Notes: a model not told the origin generated them from the sequence alone. Counted from the first letter of the stretch, positions 27,701-37,556 are shown. The stretch is DNA of 64,000 nucleotides from Terrimicrobiaceae bacterium (GCA_044342325.1 JBIIPZ010000004.1:1-64000); one strand, 5' to 3'. Program-made: numbers and translations.

Positions 27701-28667
27701 GATTCAGCTCGGGATCGTGTGGGAAGTCACCCTCGTGGTGTTGGGTGGGGTCCAGCGGATCCGGTGCGTCGTAGTGGTGCGACTCCTCCCAGTCATGGTG
27801 GAAAGTTTCGATCAGTTTGGAAACGATCTCGCGCTGGTTGAGGGTGATTCCCAGTTCGCGCCGGAGATCGAAGGCGGATCGGTCGAGGTTCATCGAGCCC
27901 AGGAAGGCGCGCTTGCCATCAGCCACAAGGAGCTTCGCGTGGACGCGGAGTTTTTTTTGTTTGTGAATCTTTGCCCCTGCCCGATGCATGATGCGCAGCG
28001 AGGCAAATGTATCGAGGATGTCGCATTCGCTGATGCCGTGGCGCCCCCCGCACAGCACGCGCACCTTCACTCCGCGCGAGGCGGCATCCACGATGCGGTC
28101 GAGCACGGCGGCATCGACGAATTTCGGGTGCTGCACGAGCAGTGATTCCTTGGCGGCGTCGATGAAGTGCGCCACGGCAATTCGGGAGCCACTGTTGCTC
28201 CAGACGAGGCCGGTATCCGTTGAAGGTGTCCAGGCGGTCCTATTCCAATCGGCATCGAAGCATTCTGCGATCTGCGCTGCCTGCGCCGTGTTTTCAAAAA
28301 CGAGCCCGTAGTCCCTAGTGCGGGTGAAATACTTTTCGCAAAGATTGTAGGTGGCGACCATGGCCCGCGATCCATCGGCAACCATGGACTTTTCGTGCGT
28401 GACATAGAAATCCGGATTCGACCAGTGCACAGGCACACCCGCTTTTTCCAAGGCGGCAAAGGTTTCATCATTCGCGCGATCACCCCCCGAGCGCTTGGCG
28501 TTCAACATCACGCGCACGGCAATGCCAGCTGCATGCGACTCCAGCAAGGCTTGCAGGATTTCGGGATGCGTGAAGGTGAATTGCTTGAGAATAAGACTCG
28601 TCCGCGCCGAGCGGATGAATTCGATGACGGGCGTGGCTCCCTCGTCTGGTTGAACGATCAGTTTCAT
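27693..28667 (-). CDS. Phospholipase D superfamily protein with two HKD motifs
   Basis: HEKSMVAD and HAKLLVAD..GSMN; no TM anchor seen. Confidence 0.88.
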   Translation of the reverse strand: MKLIVQPDEGATPVIEFIRSARTSLILKQFTFTHPEILQALLESHAAGIAVRVMLNAKRSGGDRANDETFAALEKAGVPVHWSNPDFYVTHEKSMVADGSRAMVATYNLCEKYFTRTRDYGLVFENTAQAAQIAECFDADWNRTAWTPSTDTGLVWSNSGSRIAVAHFIDAAKESLLVQHPKFVDAAVLDRIVDAASRGVKVRVLCGGRHGISECDILDTFASLRIMHRAGAKIHKQKKLRVHAKLLVADGKRAFLGSMNLDRSAFDLRRELGITLNQREIVSKLIETFHHDWEESHHYDAPDPLDPTQHHEGDFPHDPELNHE

Positions 28668-28807
28668 TTTTGAACTCCTGCTGAATCTAAGTTTGTGGTC
28701 GAATGATGGAGGTTTCCCTCTACCTCTTGAAGCAAAAGTTGCGGCGTCTGTAGGCATTCATTGGATTGTTTCTGGAATCCGGGATGTTGCCCTGCCAAGC
28801 TCGCGCC

Positions 28808-29236
28808 ATGAGCAAAAAATCCGCCAAAGCCAACAAGTCCCTTCGTCTTCTCGGAAGCGCTTCCGCAATGCCCCAGGAACCTTCTGTCGAGATTCTCGAA
28901 ACCTTTGCGAACAGCCATCCCAGCCGAGGCTATGTGGTGCGCGTAGACACAGCGGACTTCTCATCAGTGTGTCCCGTGACCGGCCAGCCGGATTACGCGG
29001 AGATCGTCATCGAGTATGTGCCCGCAGCCCGCTGCGTGGAGACAAAGTCGCTCAAATATTACCTCGCCGCGTTCCGGAACATGCCGTCCTTCAACGAGCA
29101 GATCGTGAACCGCATCCTCGACGACCTCGTCGCCGTATGTGCCCCGGAAAGCATGACGGTCACCGGCGCCTTCGCCGCACGGGGTGGCTTGGCTTTGACT
29201 GTTACCGCTTCGCACACGGCGAAAAAACGCCGCTGA
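28808..29236 (+). CDS. queF: 7-cyano-7-deazaguanine (preQ0) reductase
   Basis: FSSVCPVTGQPD, VETKSLKYYL, RGG. Confidence 0.92.
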   Translation: MSKKSAKANKSLRLLGSASAMPQEPSVEILETFANSHPSRGYVVRVDTADFSSVCPVTGQPDYAEIVIEYVPAARCVETKSLKYYLAAFRNMPSFNEQIVNRILDDLVAVCAPESMTVTGAFAARGGLALTVTASHTAKKRR

Positions 29237-29259
29237 GTTCATCAGGGCTTGTGCGCCAG

Positions 29260-29700
29260 TCAGTCAACAATCGATTCGAGCACTTTTAGTCCAGCGAGTT
29301 TGGCCAAGGCGCATTGCCGCTCGTCGAAGGAAATAAATGTGCCCGCCTGAATTTCACAGGCGCACGCCACATGCATCACATCCAAGGTGCGGGTGCCGAT
29401 TTTGATGCTGTGACGGGAGAGTTGGCGGAAGCGCTCCATGAGTGCCGCCCGATCGAGGTGAGGAAAGACATACTGGCCTCGCTCTTTGCGGGAACGGAAA
29501 TGAGCCAGCTGCCCATCAGCTTGTGCCGCTGTGATATCGCGCCAAAATACTTTCAACCGCAGAGCGTTTGTCAGTTCCGCCTCCTGCAGTTCCCAAATCG
29601 GTAGCGGGTCGCTCTGAGCCTCGACTTGCTCCTGCACCCACTCGGAACCCTGCTCGCGGAGGTAGAGTTTCAGGAGTGCGCTGGTATCCAGGTAGAGCAT
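29260..29700 (-). CDS. vapC: PIN-domain toxin (VapC family)
   Basis: YLDTSALLKLY..E.GS, RTLDVMHVA, SFDERQ. Confidence 0.9.
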   Translation of the reverse strand: MLYLDTSALLKLYLREQGSEWVQEQVEAQSDPLPIWELQEAELTNALRLKVFWRDITAAQADGQLAHFRSRKERGQYVFPHLDRAALMERFRQLSRHSIKIGTRTLDVMHVACACEIQAGTFISFDERQCALAKLAGLKVLESIVD

Positions 29701-29703
29701 ACC

Positions 29704-29934
29704 TTACCAGCGGCCTCCCCGGTCGCGATCAACCGTCTCCGTTGCGGAGGCCCCCTTGTTGGGAATCGCCGTGGCCAAATGATCGTCCCAAATCACACGC
29801 TGACGCCCGCCCGCCGGAACCAACCGAACCCTGGGCTTTCCCCGGTTCAGCACTTCTATGATCTCGCCATTGGCCACCAATTGTTCGACCTGCGACCAGT
29901 GAGCCTTCATTTCACGGACGGTCATTGTCTTCAT
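29704..29934 (-). CDS. Phd/YefM-family antitoxin
   Basis: MTVREMKAHWS...GE.IEV..RGKP; 3 bp upstream of the PIN toxin. Confidence 0.85.
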   Translation of the reverse strand: MKTMTVREMKAHWSQVEQLVANGEIIEVLNRGKPRVRLVPAGGRQRVIWDDHLATAIPNKGASATETVDRDRGGRW

Positions 29935-30026
29935 TGGGTGAAGTTCGCCTATGTTTTACAAAATGAAAAACAATAATTTCTCACCATGAAAAAGTGCTTT
30001 GATACCGCCCAAGCGCGGCAGGTGAC

Positions 30027-31076
30027 CTACTTCTTGTAGAAGGAAATCGCCGTCACGAGATCGACGGCGCGTTGCAGGACGGTGTCGCGGAGGGGTTCGC
30101 TGTCGTCGTCGGATTCCGCGGTGCTTGAGATTTCCGGGTTGGTGTTGGCGACCAATGCCGCTTCGTTCATGCGGGGGCGTTCGGTGTCGAAGACGAACTG
30201 GCTGACGCCTTTTTCCTTGGTGAGGTCGAAGATTTTTTTCTGCGTTTCGGCGGGCAGGCTGATTTCGATGTCGGGCTTCACTCCTGTTGGGAAAATCGGA
30301 CCTGAGCCTGGGAGCGAGACGCGGGAGATGGCGAGGCGGATTGTTTTGCCTCCTCCGATGGGAAATTCGGAAAATTCCACCGCGCCGCCTGCGGTCTTGG
30401 CGCCCACGATCATGCCGCTGGAATTTGCTCGCAGCGTGGCGGCAAGCGCCTCGGCGGCTCCCGAGGTTTCGGCATCGGTCAGCACGACAAGTATGCCTTG
30501 GAAAACGGACTCGCGGTCGGCGGTCAGGATTCGTTCCTGTTTGGCGTTGGGTTTTTCGATGGTGAAAAGGATTTTTCCCTTGGGACAAAAGCGCCGGGCG
30601 AAATCGGCGGCGATATCGAATTCCGTGCCGTCCGGTATGCCCCGGAGGTCGAGGATCACGGCGGGTATCGATTTATCGGCGAACTTGCCGAGGGCGGAGT
30701 CCGTCTGCTTGAGGGCGGCGGCGCTCATGGCTCCGGGACGAATGTAACCGATGCGGCCATCCAGAATTTCGGCGAGAAAGGGAAATGGCGTTGAAGTGGC
30801 ACTCCCTGCTTGATTCAAATCTGCTCCAGCACCGAGACGAAGGAGCAGGCCTTCCAGAAGTGCTCTCTGACGCGAAGCGTTGTCGAGCGCCTCGGGGGAG
30901 AGGTAGTTCGCCGCCAAGGCGTCGATGGCTTTTTGGATTTGTGACTCGTCCAAGGAATCCACCGATTCCCTCAAAGTAGGAGTTGGTGTCGGGGCTGGCT
31001 TTGCGGCGTTGGGTGCATCCTCTGCCATAGCGGTTACCGTGAGGCAGGCTGAGAGAACGAGGGGGAGAAATTTCAT
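30027..31076 (-). CDS. S41-peptidase-like exported protein, catalytic residues apparently absent
   Basis: IGYIR, ILDLRG, GVKPD and LQRAVD match the S41 fold. TSGAAE replaces SASASE and TAGGA replaces TFGKG. Confidence 0.75.
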   Translation of the reverse strand: MKFLPLVLSACLTVTAMAEDAPNAAKPAPTPTPTLRESVDSLDESQIQKAIDALAANYLSPEALDNASRQRALLEGLLLRLGAGADLNQAGSATSTPFPFLAEILDGRIGYIRPGAMSAAALKQTDSALGKFADKSIPAVILDLRGIPDGTEFDIAADFARRFCPKGKILFTIEKPNAKQERILTADRESVFQGILVVLTDAETSGAAEALAATLRANSSGMIVGAKTAGGAVEFSEFPIGGGKTIRLAISRVSLPGSGPIFPTGVKPDIEISLPAETQKKIFDLTKEKGVSQFVFDTERPRMNEAALVANTNPEISSTAESDDDSEPLRDTVLQRAVDLVTAISFYKK

Positions 31077-32350
31077 TAGTGGGTCGGCGTGGCGCCGATG
31101 TCGTTCCGGCGCTGGACACCTGCGAACGAAATTTTATCAGCCGCCTTGTATGCCAGGCTGCGTGCGGCTTCGAGGGTTTCCGCCTTTGCGGTGACGCCGA
31201 GCACACGGCCGCCGTTGGTCACGATTTCTCCATTTAAGGCCTTTGTTCCGGCATGGAAAACCTCCGTTTCATCGAGGCTGGCGGCATCGGCGAGGCCGCT
31301 GATGGCTTTACCTTTTTCGTAGGAGCCCGGATACCCGCCCGAGGCGAGAACCACGCAGACGGCGGCTTTTTCATCCCACGCAGGAGTTGCCCCACCGAGC
31401 GCGCCTGCGGCGGTGGATTCCAGAAGCGGCAGGAGATCTGACTCCAAGCGCCGCGCGAGAACTTGCGTTTCGGGGTCGCCCCAGCGGCAGTTGAATTCCA
31501 GAACCTTTGGGCCTGAGGCGGTCAGCATGAGGCCGGGGAAGAGCATGCCACGGAAATCGAGTTTGTCTTTTTGTATGCCGGCGATGAAGCGGTCGAGGAT
31601 TTCGGTGCGGATGCGGGCGCGCAGGGTGTCATCCACCGATCCACTCGGGCTAATCGTGCCCATGCCACCGGTATTGGGACCTTGGTCGCCGTCGTGGGCT
31701 TTTTTATGGTCGCGGCAATCGGGGAAAAAAAGATAGGTGGAGCCGTCCACCAGGGCGTGGATCGAGCATTCGACGCCTTCCAGGAATTCCTCGACTACGA
31801 CGCGGCTTCCGGCGTCACCAAAAGCGCGGTCTTCCATGCAGAGGCGCAGGGCGGCTTCGGCTTCGGAGAAATTCGCGGCAATGATCACGCCCTTGCCGAG
31901 GGCGAGTCCGTCGGCCTTCACCACAAGTGGGTATTTTGCGGTGCGGCAGTATTCCTTAGCTGCCGCGCTGTCGGTGAATTCGCGGTAGTCCGCCGTGGGG
32001 ATTCCGTGGCGGATCATGAAATCCTTCGCAAACACCTTCGATGATTCGAGGCGGGCGGCCGCCGCGCGCGGGCCAAAAATTTTCAAACCGGCATCCTCAA
32101 AGGCATCGACGACTCCCGCTGCCAGCGCGTCGTCCGGGCCGACGACTGTGAAGTCGATGGCGTTGGCTTTTGCAAAAGCGACAAGGCTCGAAACATCCTC
32201 GGGGGCGATGGGCACATTTTCGCCGATTGCTGCGGTGCCTGCATTGCCCGTGGCGATGAAGATTTTTTCCACGCCAGCGGATTTGCTGAGCTTCCACGCC
32301 AAGGCGTGTTCGCGGCCCCCGGAGCCAGTGATGAGAATTCTTTTGGTCAC
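31076..32350 (-). CDS. purD: Phosphoribosylamine--glycine ligase
   Basis: GSGGREHAL, KADGLALGKGV, GPNTGGMG, EFNCRWGDPE, TNGGRVL. Confidence 0.97.
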   Translation of the reverse strand: MTKRILITGSGGREHALAWKLSKSAGVEKIFIATGNAGTAAIGENVPIAPEDVSSLVAFAKANAIDFTVVGPDDALAAGVVDAFEDAGLKIFGPRAAAARLESSKVFAKDFMIRHGIPTADYREFTDSAAAKEYCRTAKYPLVVKADGLALGKGVIIAANFSEAEAALRLCMEDRAFGDAGSRVVVEEFLEGVECSIHALVDGSTYLFFPDCRDHKKAHDGDQGPNTGGMGTISPSGSVDDTLRARIRTEILDRFIAGIQKDKLDFRGMLFPGLMLTASGPKVLEFNCRWGDPETQVLARRLESDLLPLLESTAAGALGGATPAWDEKAAVCVVLASGGYPGSYEKGKAISGLADAASLDETEVFHAGTKALNGEIVTNGGRVLGVTAKAETLEAARSLAYKAADKISFAGVQRRNDIGATPTH

Positions 32351-33039
32351 GGATTAAAGAGCAGGGTTGTGGTTTGCTGCGGGAGCATTTCGCGTGTGAA
32401 GGAAAATTTCGGACCCTGCGAGGTGTGAACGCTGCCGGTTTTCCAATCACGCGAGCCAATCGGAATAACCAACTTCGGGCGAAGTTGGGCAAAGATCTGG
32501 CTGCGGGCCTCTGGCGACAGCATTTCTGGATTGAAGAGCAGGACATCCACCGCGCCGATCTGGGAAATTTGCTCGGCATCCAGCGGGCGGGTCGGGACTC
32601 CCGCGAAGCAGAAGCGCATGCCATCCATCGTCCAAGTGAAAAAGAGGCTCATTCCATCGGATGTCGGCATTTCCGGGTTTCTGTAACTCGGAACGCCAAG
32701 GATTCGGATGCCGGTGACATTGTTGACTCCGATTCCCACTCCTCCGCGAAGAACGGACGGTTGACCGTCGACAGCGTTGATGTTGTTGAAATCCGAGCGC
32801 TCGGAAGTGATCAAGACGACATCGCTCTTGAGTGGCGAGGGGAGGGTGCGACCTCCGGTTTTTGCGGCGTAGGGATTTGCCAGAATGGTGGTGCCGATGG
32901 ACGAGGTGAAGCGGTAGCACTGGTTGCCCAGCCACTCGACTTGTGTCTCACGCAGCGTGGATGATTGTGTCTGCGTTTCCGGTGTTCCGCATCCGGCGAG
33001 ACCCAGTGCGGCCGCTGCCAGGAGAGCAAGGCGGCGCAT
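32347..33039 (-). CDS. Metallo-beta-lactamase-fold lipoprotein lacking the HxHxDH motif
   Basis: Lipobox LAGC; WLG...TILANPY, DVVLITSERSDFN, GAVDVL, LRPKLVIP. Confidence 0.7.
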   Translation of the reverse strand: MRRLALLAAAALGLAGCGTPETQTQSSTLRETQVEWLGNQCYRFTSSIGTTILANPYAAKTGGRTLPSPLKSDVVLITSERSDFNNINAVDGQPSVLRGGVGIGVNNVTGIRILGVPSYRNPEMPTSDGMSLFFTWTMDGMRFCFAGVPTRPLDAEQISQIGAVDVLLFNPEMLSPEARSQIFAQLRPKLVIPIGSRDWKTGSVHTSQGPKFSFTREMLPQQTTTLLFNP

Positions 33040-33041
33040 TC

Positions 33042-34676
33042 TCAGGAGTTGAGCGCGAGTTGCGTGCCGAGGTCTCCGATGCGGCTGAGGGTCAGGCCCT
33101 GAAGGGCAGGAACCTCGGATGCCATCATCTTGAAGACCTCCTCGATCGTGTAAACTCCGTTCGAGCCGCCCGTGGCCTGCACGAGGTCGCGCAGGACTTC
33201 CCAATCGTCGCGGGCTTGGCCCGGAGGCTGGATGGCTTGGTTGAGGCGTTGGAGACGGCCTTTGATATTGATCATGCTACCGCGCTTCTCGGCCCAGCCA
33301 CTAGTCGGGAGAACGACGGTCGCGCGGCGCGTGGTGGGGTTGGCGAGAATGCCAGTCACCACGAGCGTTTCGAGATTTTTGAGGTGCTCTTCAGAAATGC
33401 CGCAGTCCACTGCATTTTCTCCCAGCACGATGAGGCCGGTGATTTGGCCAGAGGCCACGCCTGCCGCAATGGCGGGGAGTTTTCCTGTGGCCAAGCCGAG
33501 GAGCTTCGCCCCAGTAGTGTTTGGATTTCCATCATCCGAGATGAGGAATCCGTCGCCCTTCTGAGGACGGGGCATGACATCGAAATTCTCGATTTTCAGG
33601 CCGGCAGCGAGACGGCGGGCGAGGAAGAGTTCCTCGTTCGTCATGCGCGCGGAGGCGATGAGTGCGGTCTTCGAGGGATCGCGACCTTTTAGTTGCTCAG
33701 CGGCGGCGGCGAGGGCGCGGGTCCAATGCGCCGGCGCTTCCTCGCCCTTCACGACGGGATCGGTGAGGCGGGATTCGCTGTTAAGATAGTGGAAATTCAA
33801 GCGGTGGCTGTCCGGCATCCAGCAGGAGTTCACAAAATCGTTCTCGCGAGGCGTGATGCGGTGAACGGTGTTCTCGCGGCTGGAGATCAGGATATTCGAG
33901 CCCATGCCGCAATTCACATCGATGCTCTTGGTTTCCTTCAAAAACCAGACGCGCATCTTGAAGCGGAAGTCCTTGCTTGTGAGAGCGCCCACGGGGCAGA
34001 TATCCACCGTGTTCAGCGAGTAGTTATTGTCGAGTTTCTTGCCCGGATAGACCGAGAGGGTCGTGTGGCTGCCGCGATTCAGGAAGCCCAGCACATCGTC
34101 GTGGGCGATTTCCTTCATGAACCGGATGCAGCGCGAGCACATGATGCAGCGTTCGTCGTCGAGCACGATGCGCTCGCCGAGGTCCACGCGCTTGGGCTTT
34201 TTCACCTTCTCTTCGATGAAGCGCGATTCGCCCTTGCCGAACTCGACAGAAAATTCCTGCAACCGGCACTCGCCCGCTTGATCGCAAATCGGACAGTCGA
34301 GCGGGTGGTTGATGAGCAAAAATTCCATCACGCCTTTGCGGCATTCTTCGACGAGTGGCGAGGAGGTGCGGACACCCATGCCCTCGGCGACTTCCATCGC
34401 GCAGCAAATCTCAGGCTTCGGTCCCCAGCCGATCTCGGGCTTGCCATTGGCATCCAACACGGGCTGGCGGTCGGGAGTCATCTTCGGACGGCCAGTCTCC
34501 ACGAGACACATGCGGCAATTGCCCGGCGAGCTGAGTTTGGGGTGGTAGCAGTAGTGCGGAATGAATTTACCGCTCTGCATGCAGGCCTCGATCACGCGCG
34601 TGCCTTTGGGAAATTGTTTCCACTCCCCGTCGATCTGCACATTGACCATCGTCACTGGTGTTGCCGTTTCGCTCAT
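33042..34676 (-). CDS. nuoG: NADH-quinone oxidoreductase subunit G-like protein
   Basis: YCYH..LS..GNCRMCLVE, NHPLDCPICDQAGEC, RCIMCSRC, CPVGALT; C-terminal molybdopterin-like domain. Confidence 0.88.
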   Translation of the reverse strand: MSETATPVTMVNVQIDGEWKQFPKGTRVIEACMQSGKFIPHYCYHPKLSSPGNCRMCLVETGRPKMTPDRQPVLDANGKPEIGWGPKPEICCAMEVAEGMGVRTSSPLVEECRKGVMEFLLINHPLDCPICDQAGECRLQEFSVEFGKGESRFIEEKVKKPKRVDLGERIVLDDERCIMCSRCIRFMKEIAHDDVLGFLNRGSHTTLSVYPGKKLDNNYSLNTVDICPVGALTSKDFRFKMRVWFLKETKSIDVNCGMGSNILISSRENTVHRITPRENDFVNSCWMPDSHRLNFHYLNSESRLTDPVVKGEEAPAHWTRALAAAAEQLKGRDPSKTALIASARMTNEELFLARRLAAGLKIENFDVMPRPQKGDGFLISDDGNPNTTGAKLLGLATGKLPAIAAGVASGQITGLIVLGENAVDCGISEEHLKNLETLVVTGILANPTTRRATVVLPTSGWAEKRGSMINIKGRLQRLNQAIQPPGQARDDWEVLRDLVQATGGSNGVYTIEEVFKMMASEVPALQGLTLSRIGDLGTQLALNS

Positions 34677-34809
34677 GTTTGAAAAATTCTCTGGAAAAAT
34701 CCCCGTTACGGGGCGTTTATAAGGCGTCAAGTTATCGGAGGATGCCCCTCCTGAAGCAAGCAAAAGAAGGGAGATGACATGGAGTGCCATGAAGGACTTT
34801 AATCCCCCC

Positions 34810-35631
34810 ATGGCAATGTATCGATGGACCCGCTTGAGCACGCAACGGATGGAGGAGGATTGGTATGCACGGCTTTCTCATATCGACCCCGAGCATCTGG
34901 TCATGCTTACGCAACCGGAATCCAGTGCGCTGAAGATCCAAGTTTTTGGCGACAAGAAAATGGTCGAGCAGTTGGTCCGCGACTTTGGAGGAAAAATGGC
35001 GCAGCTCAGTCCAGAGGCATGGACTGGCGGAAAAGCCCGCGCGCCGATGTCGATCCGGGGGCGTTTGCGGGTGCACTCGGATGACGCCACCTTCCGCGCT
35101 TCGGAAAACACCGGGCACGACATTTTCATTCCTGCCGGCATGGCTTTTGGGACTGGCGACCATGCAACGACGGCGACCTGTCTGCGCCTCCTGTGCGATA
35201 TCGTTCCCAATCTCCCCGCTGGTTGGCGGGCGCTCGATGTTGGCACCGGCACTGGCATTCTTGCCATCGCAGCGGAAAAACTCGGCGCCTCCGCTGTGGA
35301 AGCCTTCGACTTCGATCCCGTCTGCATTCGGGTTTCTAAAGAAAATGCGAAGGCCAACCGCTGCCGAAAAATCGCCTTCTCCGTCGCGGATTCCCGCCGC
35401 GTCGGCGCGTTTCAGAAAGCCGATGTCATCCTTGCCAATCTCTACAGCGAACTCCTCATCGCCTCCGCTCCTGGCCTCGCCAAAAAACTCAAGCCCGGTG
35501 GGCATTTCATCTTCTCCGGCGTCCTCGTGAGCCAAGCCGCCGAAGTCAGCGCCGCCCTTGAAAAATGCGGCCTCGGCACCCCGCGCCTCATCAAGCGCGG
35601 TAAATGGTGCGCGGGGATTTGCAAAGCTTGA
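34810..35631 (+). CDS. prmA: Ribosomal protein L11 methyltransferase
   Basis: GMAFGTGDHATT, LDVGTGTGILAI, ANL, FSG. Confidence 0.9.
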   Translation: MAMYRWTRLSTQRMEEDWYARLSHIDPEHLVMLTQPESSALKIQVFGDKKMVEQLVRDFGGKMAQLSPEAWTGGKARAPMSIRGRLRVHSDDATFRASENTGHDIFIPAGMAFGTGDHATTATCLRLLCDIVPNLPAGWRALDVGTGTGILAIAAEKLGASAVEAFDFDPVCIRVSKENAKANRCRKIAFSVADSRRVGAFQKADVILANLYSELLIASAPGLAKKLKPGGHFIFSGVLVSQAAEVSAALEKCGLGTPRLIKRGKWCAGICKA

Positions 35632-35632
35632 G

Positions 35633-35950
35633 TCAATTCGACCTGCTCTGCTTTTCTCGCGCTCGCATTCTTTTCGGCTGGGCAAATTCCTTCAAGGTCT
35701 CGGCCTGGAATTCCGGCACCACGCCGGCCGCATCTACAGGATGCCCGAGATAGGTCATCAATCGTGCAAGATTCAGCACGGAAATATTCCCGCCCGCCTC
35801 GAAACGACGGATTGTTGCGATTCCGACGCCGGACCGTTTCGCCAAATCCGCCTGCCGCACATTCGCAGCCAATCGCAATTCTTTGAAGCGGATTGCAATG
35901 GCTTGAAGCTGTTCGAAAGGAGTCTCAAGCAGTAGTTCATTGGGAATCAC
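35633..35950 (-). CDS. XRE-family HTH protein (HipB-like, no toxin adjacent)
   Basis: KELRLAANVRQADLAKRSGVGIATIRRFEAG; GTG start. Confidence 0.8.
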   Translation of the reverse strand: MIPNELLLETPFEQLQAIAIRFKELRLAANVRQADLAKRSGVGIATIRRFEAGGNISVLNLARLMTYLGHPVDAAGVVPEFQAETLKEFAQPKRMRAREKQSRSN

Positions 35951-36069
35951 ATTTGATCTTTTAAACCTAAAAAAACGATTTTACAAATCATTTGTGATCT
36001 CTTGAATTGTGGAAAGCTGGTAGCTTGGCGCGTATCTAAGCTGGTCAAATTTTGTTTGCACCCCGTTCC

Positions 36070-37002
36070 TCAATCCTCTCCAAAAACCCCCCAGCAGGCC
36101 CGCGCCGTGTTCAAGTGAACGCGGACGACCTTTTCGATTTCGGGGCAGTATCCACCGGCAAGCACCCACGCAATGGGGATGTTTTCGGCCTTTGCAAATT
36201 CGAAGACCATTCGGTCGCGTGCTTTCAAGTCTTCGTGCGTGAGTTGAAGCGGAGAGTAGGGATCGTCGCGCAGCGGGTCGGCGCCGGCTTGGTAGAGCAG
36301 GATGTCTGGCTTGCCATCCTGGATCAGCCAAGGCAGATGGCGCTTCACCGCATCGAGGAGAACCTCGCGGTCGCTGTTTCCAGAAGGAATCAAAGGAACG
36401 GAAAAATGGTTGGAGCCATCCATGTGATGGCACTCGTGCACATCGCGGAAGGGTTGGTTATTCCAATAATCGTTACCGTAAATCGAGAGCGCACGAAGCC
36501 AAGGGCGGGATGCCGCGAGGGATGCCGTGCCATTTCCATAGTGCAAGTCCATGTCGAGAATGGCTGCCGTGCGGATTTTGCCTTCCGCGCGCAGCGCCTC
36601 CAGCGCCACCACAAGGCCGTTGAAAGTGCAGAAGCCCTCGCCGTGATCTGAGCAGGCGTGATGGAATCCGCTGGCCAAGGCCGCCGATGCACCGCTCTCC
36701 AACGCACTCCGCGCCGCCGCCAGAACCCCGCCGCCGGTCAGGCAGACGCTTGGAAAAAGCAAGTCGCTCCAAGGGAATTTTTGCGACTCTGCGAGGTCTC
36801 GAGGATCGCCGGTTCTCACCGCATTGACATACTCGGCCGTGTGGACCCTCAACAAATCTTCCTGGGTCAACGGCTCGTTTTTTTCAATAATCACCTGCGG
36901 CAGCCACGCTCTCACCTCGCCGGCCACGAGCGCAAACTTCCGCATCGGCATGATATGCTCGCCAATTGGCGCCGCAAATCCGGGGTCATAGAAAAATTTC
37001 AT
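36070..37002 (-). CDS. Histone deacetylase-family Zn-dependent deacylase
   Basis: SGFHHA, GFC, DMDLHYGNGT, GAD...DP, GGY. Confidence 0.92.
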   Translation of the reverse strand: MKFFYDPGFAAPIGEHIMPMRKFALVAGEVRAWLPQVIIEKNEPLTQEDLLRVHTAEYVNAVRTGDPRDLAESQKFPWSDLLFPSVCLTGGGVLAAARSALESGASAALASGFHHACSDHGEGFCTFNGLVVALEALRAEGKIRTAAILDMDLHYGNGTASLAASRPWLRALSIYGNDYWNNQPFRDVHECHHMDGSNHFSVPLIPSGNSDREVLLDAVKRHLPWLIQDGKPDILLYQAGADPLRDDPYSPLQLTHEDLKARDRMVFEFAKAENIPIAWVLAGGYCPEIEKVVRVHLNTARACWGVFGED

Positions 37003-37051
37003 GGGAGTGAGTGGAACCTCTGCTGTAGGACTTTTTCCGATCTGATAGCGC

Positions 37052-37296
37052 CTATAGGTCAAGTTTCTCGAGCAACTCTTCAACAGTCAAAGTGTGGTGA
37101 ACAGCAACAAGTTTGAGTATGCTTTTGAAGGCGTGCCGAGCCGTGGCAGTGCGTGGTTGGGCACAGTGATGTGAAACTCGCCGTCAAGCTGGGTGGTCAG
37201 GCGAATATGGGAGCCGACCTGTCGGCTGCTTTCATAGACCAAGACCTGCAGCGATTTGATCAAATCCGAGCCAGAGACATTGCGAGGCGTCCTCAC
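37052..37296 (-). pseudogene. hicA: HicA-family toxin, frameshifted
   Basis: RQVGSHIRL and HITVPNH are present. The expected tail KSILKLVAVHHTLTVEELLEKLDL* lies in another frame after a shift at about 37127-37131. Confidence 0.8.
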
Positions 37297-37511
37297 GCTG
37301 CCAGAACTTCATCACGAACAAAGTGAAGTTGAATCACTCTAAGCTTATGACCGAGAGCGTGATCACTAAAGTGGCAATGCGCCGATTCTTTAACCATCTC
37401 ACGCAATTCCTCGAGAGTGCAGCCTTCAGTGACGATGCCGTATCCCAAGGCCGTGGCGACATAGCCGCCATCTACATCGTCTTCCTGAACCTCGAAGATG
37501 ATTTCGCTCAT
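37293..37511 (-). CDS. HicB-like antitoxin (short form)
   Basis: EIIFEVQED..DGGYVA.ALG..IVTEG.TLEELREMVKE; 4-bp overlap with hicA. Confidence 0.8.
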   Translation of the reverse strand: MSEIIFEVQEDDVDGGYVATALGYGIVTEGCTLEELREMVKESAHCHFSDHALGHKLRVIQLHFVRDEVLAA

Positions 37512-37556
37512 AACTGCAAACTAAGGGGATTGCTGCACACCCGCAAGTCGCGCTTG

